Positions 1-7,941 of a stretch of DNA of 64,000 nt are shown here, in pieces; within the stretch, counting starts at the first letter, position 1; each line of letters starts with the position of its first letter. The translations under genes and the position numbers were made by a program. The notes beneath the pieces are model-generated. The model had not been told where the DNA came from, did no database searches, and saw nothing but the letters and a program-made list of their open reading frames with translations. This DNA is from a virus, in the IMG/VR virus record IMGVR_UViG_3300040801_002290, positions 1-64,000 of that record; one strand, given 5' to 3'.

Positions 1-6
1 AAGTTT

Positions 7-168
7 TTAGAGGGCGAAAGTCTAGACTTAAACTTTCTTTTCGTCGGGCTACTAAAAACAAACATCTTGCTAAACTAAACTTGCTTACTTACAAACGGAC
101 TTGCTTACTTACGTGCTTGTATCGTATTTCTGTAAAGTCGTGCTTTCCATTTGTCTTTCGCCCTCTAA
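7..168 (-). ncRNA. putative structured ncRNA: 14-bp closing stem around an A-rich loop with direct repeats
   Basis: Perfect inverted repeat 7-20/155-168; 14-bp direct repeat at 79-92 and 99-112; lies downstream of tRNA-Tyr. Confidence 0.45.
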
Positions 169-222
169 GACGAAGCGTGTATCGTACGCCAACGGAGCCT
201 TTTTACTCGTTGCTCAGGAGTC

Positions 223-309
223 TGGTGCCAGGTTAGGGATTCGAACCCTATATCCCGTAAGGGAACGGTTTTACAGACCGTCGTGCCACTCCAACTGCAC
301 CGCCCTGAC
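223..309 (-). tRNA. tRNA-Tyr(GTA)
   Basis: Cloverleaf, loop CTGTAAA, long variable arm, TTCGAAT T-loop, encoded CCA. Confidence 0.93.
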
Positions 310-375
310 ATAAAGTGAGCCTTTTTAGAACATGCTCAGGTTTCCTTACCATGGAATGTTTGCTCGCCTTTCGGC

Positions 376-451
376 TGGTACGCCCACTAGGATTCGAACC
401 TAGAACCGCCAAGATATAAGCTTGATGCTCTGACCGTTGAGCTATGGGCGC
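376..451 (-). tRNA. tRNA-Ile(TAT)
   Basis: Cloverleaf, loop CTTATAT, CCA. Confidence 0.92.
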
Positions 452-460
452 TCATTTAGC

Positions 461-578
461 GTGAGTAGGGTCGGCGTGTACCGGACGCCGCGTTTTACTT
501 CTAACCTTTTGGTTCTTCACACTACCCTTACGTAATGTGTTCCCCTACTCCTGATTACCGACCGCTCTTCGTCGGATT
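461..578 (-). ncRNA. putative multi-hairpin ncRNA
   Basis: Closing helix 463-470/543-550 enclosing three hairpins, extra 5' hairpin 558-575, promoter directly upstream. Confidence 0.45.
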
Positions 579-584
579 GAGTAC

Positions 585-616
585 AGTATAGCCTACGAGA
601 CTATGAGAGTTATGAG
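585..616 (-). promoter_or_regulatory. phage TCTCA-class promoter
   Basis: CTCA-N4-TCTCA-N13-TATACT. Confidence 0.75.
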
Positions 617-634
617 AGGCTTTCTGTAATACAC

Positions 635-663
635 ATAATACACTATTATTTACTGGGTGTCAA
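635..663 (-). promoter_or_regulatory. sigma70/sigmaA-type promoter
   Basis: TTGACA-N17-TATTAT. Confidence 0.6.
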
Positions 664-679
664 GTATATTCGTTTCCAA

Positions 680-1171
680 CTAAATCCTCCCAGTTGTGAC
701 TAGGTTATTTACAACGGTGATAACACCAGTGTCGTCTTCGTCATCACCTTCCCAAGTTACCGACCCACTAAGAGTATACCCCCACGGAATGAGAAAGTGA
801 TGAATGATGTAATTAAGCCATTCTACGTATTCGTAAAACTTCTCTCCACCATCCCACTCAATATACTTACCGTCAAGACTGGGAATCCATTGACACCACA
901 GACCGGGTTGAGAGGGGGGAGGGTCATTGTATTCAATAATACTTGGGTCATGGTCTTGACCCCGAAAACCCAGACCACCAACGAAATACTCCCCAAACCT
1001 ACCTACAGGAAGGCCGACAACGTGTCGAACGTCGTCTTCAAGCAGCCTAGCCTTATTCTCGTCCCGCTTCATGCGGCGGGTTTCAGAAAACTGGGTCAGG
1101 TAATGAGAATGCTCAGCGGTAAGTGGACGGTTAAGTTCAAATTGTCCGTAAAATTCAGTGCTATATCCCAC
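680..1171 (-). CDS. conserved phage hypothetical protein
   Basis: 163 aa ORF, GLWCQW...WDGGEKFY motif-like segment, RBS-like GGAG. Confidence 0.8.
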   Translation of the reverse strand: MGYSTEFYGQFELNRPLTAEHSHYLTQFSETRRMKRDENKARLLEDDVRHVVGLPVGRFGEYFVGGLGFRGQDHDPSIIEYNDPPPSQPGLWCQWIPSLDGKYIEWDGGEKFYEYVEWLNYIIHHFLIPWGYTLSGSVTWEGDDEDDTGVITVVNNLVTTGRI

Positions 1172-1331
1172 TTTTAATCAACTCCTCAATAACATCAATA
1201 AGACCTTCAAGCGCATGTAATGGGCTACAGTCTAGCCAGGAAAGGTATTTATAATCCTCGGAATTAGTGACGATAGCGACCCACTCTTTATCTTCCGGGC
1301 TATAGAAAACCTTAAACTCAAGACCCCTCAT

Positions 1332-1577
1332 TTATAGCCTTCCGACTGCCATCTCTCCTAGGGCATGGGCGAAGTCCCTAAAATCTCTGCCTGATAGAGT
1401 GATAACACATGCTGGATTGAACGGGTCAAAAAATTCTACCTTCTCAGGTCTACCTTCTCTATCAAACCCGCGAACACGAATCACAAGAACAGGCTTGTCA
1501 GGAAAGTCCTTGTTGACAATAACAACCTCACTGGCCCTGTGCATTAGCCTTCTCCTTTTTGTGGGCCACGAATTCAT
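1332..1577 (-). CDS. hypothetical protein
   Basis: ORF in co-directional run; start uncertain. Confidence 0.6.
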   Translation of the reverse strand: MNSWPTKRRRLMHRASEVVIVNKDFPDKPVLVIRVRGFDREGRPEKVEFFDPFNPACVITLSGRDFRDFAHALGEMAVGRL

Positions 1578-1797
1578 TCACGGCCTGAGCAAAAAGCTCA
1601 AACATGTCATCCCCGATGGTAACAAAGGAAACCTTTTTCGTTTCACTATCCCAGTAGGAAATCTCCATCATACTTAGGGAATCCACGTCGTCAGCTACCT
1701 GAATGAAAAATCCAAGGTTATCATCCCAGATTCGATAAACACGCTCAAGTGACACTTTGCCCATTATTGTTCCTCCGTAAGAAGCTGGTAAAACCAC
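1528..1797 (-). CDS. hypothetical protein
   Basis: ORF; true start probably MGKV downstream of GGAGG. Confidence 0.65.
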   Translation of the reverse strand: MVLPASYGGTIMGKVSLERVYRIWDDNLGFFIQVADDVDSLSMMEISYWDSETKKVSFVTIGDDMFELFAQAVNEFVAHKKEKANAQGQ

Positions 1798-2045
1798 TCT
1801 GGAATTCCCTTGTAATCATAGTAAGGAATATCCTCGTACTGATGAACGGTGCTGGTTCCTGCGTAGGTATAGCTTGAGAAACGGACCACCTGAGAACCAA
1901 CGTGAAAACCTTCGTCTGGCTCTTCAAAGGAGATACGCAAATCCCTACCACCTACTACCTGACCATAGTCTTCATCCAACCAGTAGATTTTCTCCGGGTT
2001 TGGAAACTCAGACAGGATTTTTGAAATAAGCATCGTGGTGTTCAT
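1764..2045 (-). CDS. hypothetical protein (probably leaderless)
   Basis: ATG 6 nt downstream of TAGTAT -10 box. Confidence 0.7.
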   Translation of the reverse strand: MNTTMLISKILSEFPNPEKIYWLDEDYGQVVGGRDLRISFEEPDEGFHVGSQVVRFSSYTYAGTSTVHQYEDIPYYDYKGIPEWFYQLLTEEQ

Positions 2046-2051
2046 AAGCAC

Positions 2052-2083
2052 ATACTACAGGAGCAGTTAGTGAGAAGTGTGAG
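2052..2083 (-). promoter_or_regulatory. phage TCTCA-class promoter
   Basis: CTCA-N4-TCTCA-N13-TAGTAT. Confidence 0.75.
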
Positions 2084-2389
2084 TTACTCCTGGTCAACTA
2101 TAGGAGCAACAACGATTCTCTTATCGGGACCAATAAATACTCCCGTCTCACCTAAATCTATGAAAACAGGTAGGGGCTGTTTTATAGCGGCTAAAAGGTC
2201 TTCTTCGCAACCCTTAAGTCCTTCTAGAGAGGCGTGTAAGTTACTCTTAGCCCGGTAATATTCTTTGACTACTTCTGAGTTTCGATATTCCTGCTCAGCT
2301 TTCCAATACTTTTCCTCTACCTCTTCGTGATTCTTATGGTAGATAGCGTAATCTTCTGCCAATCTAGCGAGATTCATCATATACCTCAC
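2084..2389 (-). CDS. hypothetical coiled-coil protein
   Basis: 101 aa ORF, GAGG RBS. Confidence 0.7.
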   Translation of the reverse strand: MRYMMNLARLAEDYAIYHKNHEEVEEKYWKAEQEYRNSEVVKEYYRAKSNLHASLEGLKGCEEDLLAAIKQPLPVFIDLGETGVFIGPDKRIVVAPIVDQE

Positions 2390-2506
2390 ATTCGTGTTCT
2401 ATATACTCCCCGTTAATAAAGGTGAGACACCTTGGTGGAGTAGAGCTAAATCGGGGTTGTTCAAAAAGCCCGTCAATAGTGATTAGAAGTAGTATCAAAA
2501 AGATAA

Positions 2507-2788
2507 TCATAGATAACCAGCTAACTCAGCTTCTCTAACGGCCTTCAAAACTTCTTGAGTACTGGTATAGACTCCCCGCTTCTCCCCGTCTACATAAACA
2601 TCGTAAACATCATCAAACGGGTCGTGACGAGAGCGGTACCTTACTTCAACCCCTAAACGGTGCAAATAGTCCTTCTCTACCTTAGAAACATGCTGCTCGG
2701 CAGAACTAAAAAGAGCTTTTGCTCTTTTATACTCAGAGTACAATTCATCTTTTCTCTCTCTAGCTCTCTTAACGTCTTCCCAAGTCAT
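2507..2788 (-). CDS. hypothetical protein
   Basis: 93 aa ORF. Confidence 0.7.
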   Translation of the reverse strand: MTWEDVKRARERKDELYSEYKRAKALFSSAEQHVSKVEKDYLHRLGVEVRYRSRHDPFDDVYDVYVDGEKRGVYTSTQEVLKAVREAELAGYL

Positions 2789-2964
2789 TTTCAGCCTTTC
2801 TTAAGTCTTCCATGACTTTTCTCCAATCATCAGCAATTGCCTCTTTATCTCTCTCAAACCCACCGTCATAGTACCTAGAGAATTTTCTGGGCCGGGGAAA
2901 AAGAGTTATATAGGACATGCCACGAAGAAAAGACTTTAACCAGTTCATATGCTCTCCTGTTACA

Positions 2965-2996
2965 ACTCTATCATTGATTATTATGAGACAAATGAG
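2965..2996 (-). promoter_or_regulatory. phage TCTCA-class promoter
   Basis: CTCA-N4-TCTCA-N13-TAGAGT. Confidence 0.65.
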
Positions 2997-3042
2997 AGGC
3001 CCCCGGTCAATAGCCGGGGGGTCACTCTATAAAAAGTAGAAC

Positions 3043-4245
3043 CTATTGTTTGTTGGGCAATAACCAGTTAAGCAAAACGCCCGCAATACCAGCTAGACCA
3101 ATGCCAGCTAGAGAGAAGTCACCGATGTTTAGAGCCATGCCACCAACCCCGAACACGAGAATCACGGCTACGATGATTAGATTTCTATTATTCGAAAAGT
3201 CTACCTGAGCTTTAACCAAAGTGCTAATTCCAACTACAATAATTGAGCCGAATAGAACTACGAGAATTCCACCCATAACTGGTACTGGAATCGTTGCCAG
3301 AATAGCTCCCAGCTTGCCTACGAAGGCTAGCACAATAGCCAGCACCGCTGCTACTACCATGATGATAGGACTAAATGCCTTGGTTAATGTAACGGCTCCT
3401 GTGACCTCAGAATACGTGGTGTTTGGTGGCCCGCCAAAAAATGCTGCTAGTACAGTAGCAAGACCGTCGCCTAGAAGGGTGCGATGCAACCCTGGCTTTT
3501 CCAGATAATCCTCGCCAGTCACACCGCGAATTGCGATAATGTCTCCAACATGTTCAATCGCCGGGGCAATCGCCACAGGCACGATAAACAGGATAGCTGC
3601 TAAAGAGAATACGGGGAAAACGAATTCAGGTGTTGCAAACCAAGCAGCCTGAGCTACAGGAGTGAAATCCACCATTCCCAATAAAAGGGCAACAACATAC
3701 CCGGCTGAAATACCTACCATGATTGGGATTAGTTTGAAGATACCCTTTGCTAATAGGGCAGTGGCAATGGTAGCTGCCAAAGAGACTGCGGCTACAAGAA
3801 TAAACGTCCAACTATAGTCCCCTACTGCTGTACCAGTCGCCATGCTGACGGCAGTGGGAGCCAGATAAAGGCCGATAGCCATAATAACGGGACCAGTTAC
3901 AATGGGTGGAAGAATTCTATGAACAGCCTCTACTCCCTTAGATTTTGCTAAGGCCGCTAAAAGAACATAAACCACACCCGCCGCCATCAAGCCTGAAAGC
4001 GTGGCGGGCAAGCCGAATAGTGCTATACCACCAATAATTGCCGGTATGAAAGCAAAAGACGAGGCTAGAAAAACCGGCACTCTAAAACCAGTAATTATGT
4101 GAAAAAGTAAGGTACCAGCGCCAGCAGTGAATAGGGCCACATTTGGGTCTAATCCTGTCAGCAGTGGTACCAAAACTAAAGCGCCAAATGCAACAAACAG
4201 CATCTGAGCGCCTAATACGAAAGTTCTCGGGCTTAAATCATTCAT
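3043..4245 (-). CDS. uraA: uracil/xanthine permease (NCS2/NAT family)
   Basis: QMLFVAFGALVLVP start, LASSFAFI, EHVGD, GDGLAT, PNTTYSE motifs; many TM segments. Confidence 0.93.
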   Translation of the reverse strand: MNDLSPRTFVLGAQMLFVAFGALVLVPLLTGLDPNVALFTAGAGTLLFHIITGFRVPVFLASSFAFIPAIIGGIALFGLPATLSGLMAAGVVYVLLAALAKSKGVEAVHRILPPIVTGPVIMAIGLYLAPTAVSMATGTAVGDYSWTFILVAAVSLAATIATALLAKGIFKLIPIMVGISAGYVVALLLGMVDFTPVAQAAWFATPEFVFPVFSLAAILFIVPVAIAPAIEHVGDIIAIRGVTGEDYLEKPGLHRTLLGDGLATVLAAFFGGPPNTTYSEVTGAVTLTKAFSPIIMVVAAVLAIVLAFVGKLGAILATIPVPVMGGILVVLFGSIIVVGISTLVKAQVDFSNNRNLIIVAVILVFGVGGMALNIGDFSLAGIGLAGIAGVLLNWLLPNKQ

Positions 4246-4297
4246 GTGATTCTCCTTTTACCCAAAGTCTAATCATATCACTAGAACTTTGACACAA

Positions 4298-4498
4298 TCA
4301 AAACGTGGATGCTCTATTGTGTGCTTTCCAATAACCAGCGGCCCACGCCTCGTGCAACTCTGTATTTCCGCGTCCCATAGTCAGATATGGGTTTACGGTT
4401 GGCAACAAACCGCGACGATAGGCATTGGCACCGGCTTCCCAGGCTAGGCCGAATTCCTGAAACCCAGGGGTAGTATTTAGGGGCATAGGCTTACTCAT
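4298..4498 (-). CDS. small Rmf/CrpP-like protein
   Basis: GxxAxxxG...NPY...W..G[YW] pattern. Confidence 0.5.
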   Translation of the reverse strand: MSKPMPLNTTPGFQEFGLAWEAGANAYRRGLLPTVNPYLTMGRGNTELHEAWAAGYWKAHNRASTF

Positions 4499-4838
4499 CG
4501 TAATCCTCTACTAAAACCAAATCAGTGTCATAATCATCAGGAATCCCAGTTTCCCAGTCCCTATAGGCAGTAGTTACAGCCTCGTAAACTTTTCCGACTA
4601 TAAGACCTTCTTCTGGCAAATGAATCGGGGCTTCGATACCATACTCAGCTAGGTCATCGAAAATTGGGTCCCACTCTGGCAGAGGAGTAATCCTTTCAAG
4701 AGTAATACCGGTAACAAAATCAATACCATCCCCAATACCCCACCACCCTTTACACTCAACGGCTCTATATAGGTGACGAGATTTGGGTCTGAGTTCCCTC
4801 TCTGCTTGAAAGATGCTCTCTATGGAAACAAATGACAT
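4491..4838 (-). CDS. hypothetical protein
   Basis: 115 aa ORF, GGAG RBS. Confidence 0.7.
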   Translation of the reverse strand: MSFVSIESIFQAERELRPKSRHLYRAVECKGWWGIGDGIDFVTGITLERITPLPEWDPIFDDLAEYGIEAPIHLPEEGLIVGKVYEAVTTAYRDWETGIPDDYDTDLVLVEDYDE

Positions 4839-4857
4839 GTTATCTCCTTATAGGCAC

Positions 4858-4889
4858 AGTCTACACTAACTAACCATGAGAACAATGAG
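4858..4889 (-). promoter_or_regulatory. phage TCTCA-class promoter
   Basis: CTCA-N4-TCTCA-N13-TAGACT. Confidence 0.72.
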
Positions 4890-4982
4890 TGTATCAAACA
4901 CCGGCAAAAAACCGGCTTTGGACACATAAGTTTGAAAAGTATCAGATTTAGATACTCACACTACGCCTTTGACACTAAAGTT

Positions 4983-5010
4983 AAACCCCGGCTTTTACAC
5001 CGGGGTTATT
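4983..5010 (-). terminator. intrinsic terminator after the Phe-His-Pro tRNA block
   Basis: AACCCCGG/CCGGGGTT hairpin with flanking T-run. Confidence 0.6.
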
Positions 5011-5013
5011 GTT

Positions 5014-5091
5014 TGGTCGGGAATGCTGGATTCGAACCAGCGGCCCCTCGCTTCCAAAGCGAGTACTCTAGCCAGACTGAGCTAATTCCCG
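5014..5091 (-). tRNA. tRNA-Pro(TGG)
   Basis: Loop TTTGGAA, CCA. Confidence 0.93.
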
Positions 5092-5094
5092 TTA

Positions 5095-5170
5095 TGGTCT
5101 GGGGTGTAGGAATCGAACCTACCTATATCCTGGCTCCAAACCAGGTGACACCCCTTGCGTCTGACCCCAG
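5095..5170 (-). tRNA. tRNA-Pro(TGG), divergent second copy
   Basis: Loop TTTGGAG, atypical D arm, CCA. Confidence 0.8.
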
Positions 5171-5171
5171 A

Positions 5172-5247
5172 TGGTCGGAAGGACACGAGTCGAACGTGCG
5201 TCCCCAACGCCCCCAGCGTTGTGCTTTAGCCTCTAAGCTACCTTCCG
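5172..5247 (-). tRNA. tRNA-Pro(GGG)
   Basis: Loop CTGGGGG, CCA. Confidence 0.9.
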
Positions 5248-5250
5248 TAA

Positions 5251-5328
5251 TGGGACCGAGTACGGGATTTGAACCCGTGATTACCAGATTCACAGTCTGG
5301 TGCCTTTGACCACTTGGCTAACTCGGAC
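5251..5328 (-). tRNA. tRNA-His(GTG)
   Basis: Loop CTGTGAA, G-1:C73, CCA. Confidence 0.92.
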
Positions 5329-5331
5329 ATG

Positions 5332-5408
5332 TGGTGGAGCCTAATGGAATCGAACCATTACCTCAAGATTTTCAGTCTTGCGTGCAGCACCTTGCACACC
5401 CAGGCTCC
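5332..5408 (-). tRNA. tRNA-Phe(GAA)
   Basis: Loop CTGAAAA, CCA. Confidence 0.92.
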
Positions 5409-5411
5409 ATA

Positions 5412-5597
5412 TTACTTAACTAAATCTATATACAAATCTCCAACAATGTTTTCAATTGGAATGATTAGAAACCCGTCGGAAAAATGAATTCTGATATAAG
5501 ACGGTTCCCAATCTATCGCAATAGCGTCTTTAAACCCGCTGTCAACTTTAGAACCGTCTGGCATACGCAAAGTGTACTCTGAGCTATAAGAAGCCAT
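5412..5597 (-). CDS. hypothetical protein
   Basis: 61 aa ORF coupled to upstream gene. Confidence 0.65.
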   Translation of the reverse strand: MASYSSEYTLRMPDGSKVDSGFKDAIAIDWEPSYIRIHFSDGFLIIPIENIVGDLYIDLVK

Positions 5598-5878
5598 TAT
5601 TTCCTCATTCCAAATTTACGGCGGCGATTCATTCTATGAAGTTTCTCAAACCCGTCTAGAATCAAAGCCCCAACAAATGCAATTCCTACAACCGCTAAAG
5701 CAAACGCACCGAGGCCGAGAAAAACTCCCACGTAAATAATGAGTGGGGCAAAAAACGAGGCTACAATCCACCACCAAGAGATGTCGATAACTTCAACAAG
5801 CTTAAGCACAATAAGGACGATTGTCAAGACCCCGAAAACGGGGAAAGACGGCAGTTTGATATCAACCTCTCGGCTCAT
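5597..5878 (-). CDS. membrane protein
   Basis: 2-3 hydrophobic segments, ISWWWI motif. Confidence 0.75.
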   Translation of the reverse strand: MSREVDIKLPSFPVFGVLTIVLIVLKLVEVIDISWWWIVASFFAPLIIYVGVFLGLGAFALAVVGIAFVGALILDGFEKLHRMNRRRKFGMRK

Positions 5879-5901
5879 GTGTTTCCCCTTTCACAAGTCT
5901 T

Positions 5902-5932
5902 AGCATAGCACAACTAGTATGAGAGTTATGAG
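5902..5932 (-). promoter_or_regulatory. phage TCTCA-class promoter
   Basis: CTCA-N4-TCTCA-N12-TATGCT with extended TG. Confidence 0.7.
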
Positions 5933-6210
5933 TCGTTGTTTCCCGTAATGGTGAGGTTACTTGTCCAGGTGTACTGACTCGGGGAGCAGGGGCATCTACT
6001 AACGTGTGGAGCATTTACTCCCCCGCATTTAGGACAAACCCATCCGGTGGGTGCGGTAGACGGGTAATATGGAGCGGTTGGGTAATAAGGGTATGGGTAA
6101 TAGGGATTAATCCACCAGCCGTCATAATACCAGTTAGAATTCTGTGTGCCACTAGTTTGACTGTCCCAAGTCTTATAATATTGCTCTCCGGGCTCCAAGT
6201 TTATAAACAT
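5926..6210 (-). CDS. Tyr/Pro-rich protein with zinc ribbon
   Basis: WVCPKCG...CPC. Confidence 0.7.
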   Translation of the reverse strand: MFINLEPGEQYYKTWDSQTSGTQNSNWYYDGWWINPYYPYPYYPTAPYYPSTAPTGWVCPKCGGVNAPHVSRCPCSPSQYTWTSNLTITGNNDS

Positions 6211-6232
6211 GGCTTTCTCCCAACTATAAAAT

Positions 6233-6382
6233 AAAACTCCAGTCCAGGTCGCTCACTTTTACGATACATACTCTTGTCTTTTTGCAACACATATCTCAGG
6301 TTGCGGCAGAGTTGCCTACCAGTTATATACTGGATGCCTCGTACTACGTCTTAGTGACGAATGCCCTCGATGCTGGAGTTTT
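6233..6382 (-). ncRNA. putative structured ncRNA abutting the tRNA-Trp 3' end
   Basis: 10-bp terminal stem 6233-6242/6373-6382 plus internal hairpins. Confidence 0.5.
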
Positions 6383-6456
6383 TGGCACGCCCACTAGGAA
6401 TCGAACCCAGGACTTCGGTTTTGGAGACCGACGTTTTCCCGCTAAACTATAGGCGT
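6383..6456 (-). tRNA. tRNA-Trp(CCA)
   Basis: Loop CTCCAAA, CCA. Confidence 0.93.
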
Positions 6457-6549
6457 ATGCGAAAAAGGCGGCTTCATGTTTCGTAAGCACTTTAAACGCG
6501 GAGGAATAGGTAGCTCTCCCTCACGTACCTTTTTCTTACTGCTACCACT

Positions 6550-6623
6550 TGGAGCGGAATAAGAGAATCGAACTCTTCTAATCGGTTTGGAAGACCGGAG
6601 CATTACCACTATGCTAATTCCGC
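6550..6623 (-). tRNA. tRNA-Gly(TCC)
   Basis: Loop CTTCCAA, CCA. Confidence 0.93.
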
Positions 6624-6634
6624 GTGTATGAGTA

Positions 6635-6663
6635 GTATAGCACTACCCAATTTGGTTGTCAAG
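6635..6663 (-). promoter_or_regulatory. sigma70/sigmaA-type promoter
   Basis: TTGACA-N17-TATACT. Confidence 0.7.
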
Positions 6664-6676
6664 GCTATTTATAATT

Positions 6677-6764
6677 TGGCGGAAGGTACAGGATTTGAAC
6701 CTGTGTGCCTTTTACAGCGCACCGCTTTCCAAGCGGGCCGATTTAACCACTCTCGCAACCTTCC
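6677..6764 (-). tRNA. tRNA-Ser(GGA)
   Basis: Loop TTGGAAA, long variable arm, CCA. Confidence 0.93.
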
Positions 6765-6768
6765 AGGT

Positions 6769-6858
6769 TGGCGGTGGGGGTGGGATTCGAACCCACGGGG
6801 CTATGACACCCACAGTCTTAGCAGGACTGCGCTATAAACCTGACTCTGCCACCCCACC
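6769..6858 (-). tRNA. tRNA-Ser(GCT)
   Basis: Loop CTGCTAA, long variable arm, CCA. Confidence 0.93.
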
Positions 6859-6909
6859 GTACTCTCGTGCATCATCCCTTTAAACGACACGGTTACCTCA
6901 TATGGACAC

Positions 6910-6941
6910 ATGATACAACTACAGCACATGAGAATTATGTG
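6910..6941 (-). promoter_or_regulatory. phage TCTCA-class promoter
   Basis: CACA-N4-TCTCA-N13-TATCAT. Confidence 0.7.
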
Positions 6942-7016
6942 GAAAGGGAGGAGGGATTCGAACCCCCAACATTCGCGTTCAAAGCGCGATGCAACTGCCA
7001 ATTGTGCTACTCCCTC
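6940..7016 (-). tRNA. tRNA-Gln(TTG)
   Basis: Loop CTTTGAA, CCA. Confidence 0.9.
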
Positions 7017-7155
7017 ACAAATCAGTCCATCAAAAATGTCACAAGAAACAAGCCGATGAATAGTAAAAGCAAAAATGCCCACACCGGAATGTAATAAAAC
7101 AGGACTAGAATAAAGAATAGAAAGAATAATAGATTCATAGTCCCGCCTTTGTAGT

Positions 7156-7230
7156 TGGAGCCCTATGTCGGAATCGAACCAACATCAACTGTTTACAAGA
7201 CAGTAGTTTTAGCCATTAAACTAATAGGGC
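7156..7230 (-). tRNA. tRNA-Thr(TGT)
   Basis: Loop CTTGTAA, CCA. Confidence 0.93.
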
Positions 7231-7234
7231 ATTT

Positions 7235-7309
7235 TGGCTCACCCTCTAGGATTCGAACCTAGGACCATACGGTTAACAGCCGTGCGCTCTTCCGCTGAGC
7301 TAAGGGTGA
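7235..7309 (-). tRNA. tRNA-Asn(GTT)
   Basis: Loop CTGTTAA, CCA. Confidence 0.93.
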
Positions 7310-7312
7310 ATA

Positions 7313-7385
7313 TGGAGACCCGTGGCAGAATCGAACTGCCTCTAGTAGTTTTGCAGACTACTTTCTCTCCATGAGAATACGAGTC
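7313..7385 (-). tRNA. tRNA-Cys(GCA)
   Basis: Loop CTGCAAA, U73, CCA. Confidence 0.88.
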
Positions 7386-7587
7386 AGAAGTCCCGAAGAA
7401 CCATTTGAAAGGATTTAGCTACCTGTAGAGGAAGGTACATTTCATCCCCTACGAGTTGATTGTACTCGTTCCTAAGACTCAGAACTACATAATCTGGATT
7501 GTCTGGGTGAGTACGGACACTTAGAGAAAAGTCTCCGTGCCCGTCGTCCCATATAATCTGGTGGTTCTTTACAATGCTCATTTCCAT
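7384..7587 (-). CDS. hypothetical protein
   Basis: 67 aa ORF, AAGGAG RBS. Confidence 0.7.
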   Translation of the reverse strand: MEMSIVKNHQIIWDDGHGDFSLSVRTHPDNPDYVVLSLRNEYNQLVGDEMYLPLQVAKSFQMVLRDF

Positions 7588-7608
7588 AGTCTGCTCCTTG
7601 GTTTTAGT

Positions 7609-7684
7609 TGGTATGAGTGGTAGGAGTCGAACCTACGATGCCGCTGTATCAGAGCGGTGCCTTAAACCACTTGGCTACACTCAT
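7609..7684 (-). tRNA. tRNA-Ile(GAT)
   Basis: Loop CTGATAC, CCA. Confidence 0.9.
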
Positions 7685-7699
7685 GCGCCCACATAAAGG

Positions 7700-7730
7700 A
7701 TTATAGCATACTCTTGGTGAGAAGTGTGAG
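7700..7730 (-). promoter_or_regulatory. phage TCTCA-class promoter
   Basis: CTCA-N4-TCTCA-N12-TATAAT with extended TG. Confidence 0.78.
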
Positions 7731-7731
7731 T

Positions 7732-7941
7732 CTACACACCGTCAAGTTTCTCTAAAGCCCGGAGAATATTAGTCTCTACTTCGTCATCACTCAATTCACC
7801 ATTACCAGCACGGTGAGCATAAGACCAGGAGTCGATTAAGGAAACAATTTCACGAATCCTTTCGTTATTCATAGCTGTCACGCAGTAAGAGATTTTGTGA
7901 AAAACCCTCTCATAAATCCTTAGTTTCTCTTCACAGTTCAT
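7732..7941 (-). CDS. hypothetical protein
   Basis: 69 aa ORF, ATGA overlap with upstream gene. Confidence 0.7.
   Translation of the reverse strand: MNCEEKLRIYERVFHKISYCVTAMNNERIREIVSLIDSWSYAHRAGNGELSDDEVETNILRALEKLDGV

Noticed and set aside
4932-5309. Plus-strand 125-aa ORF, and similar ORFs at 101-313, 6628-6883, 6801-7094, 8200-8526, 9373-9561 and 14003-14191
   Set aside because: They overlap tRNA genes, mostly antisense, and their translations are the typical tRNA shadow peptides
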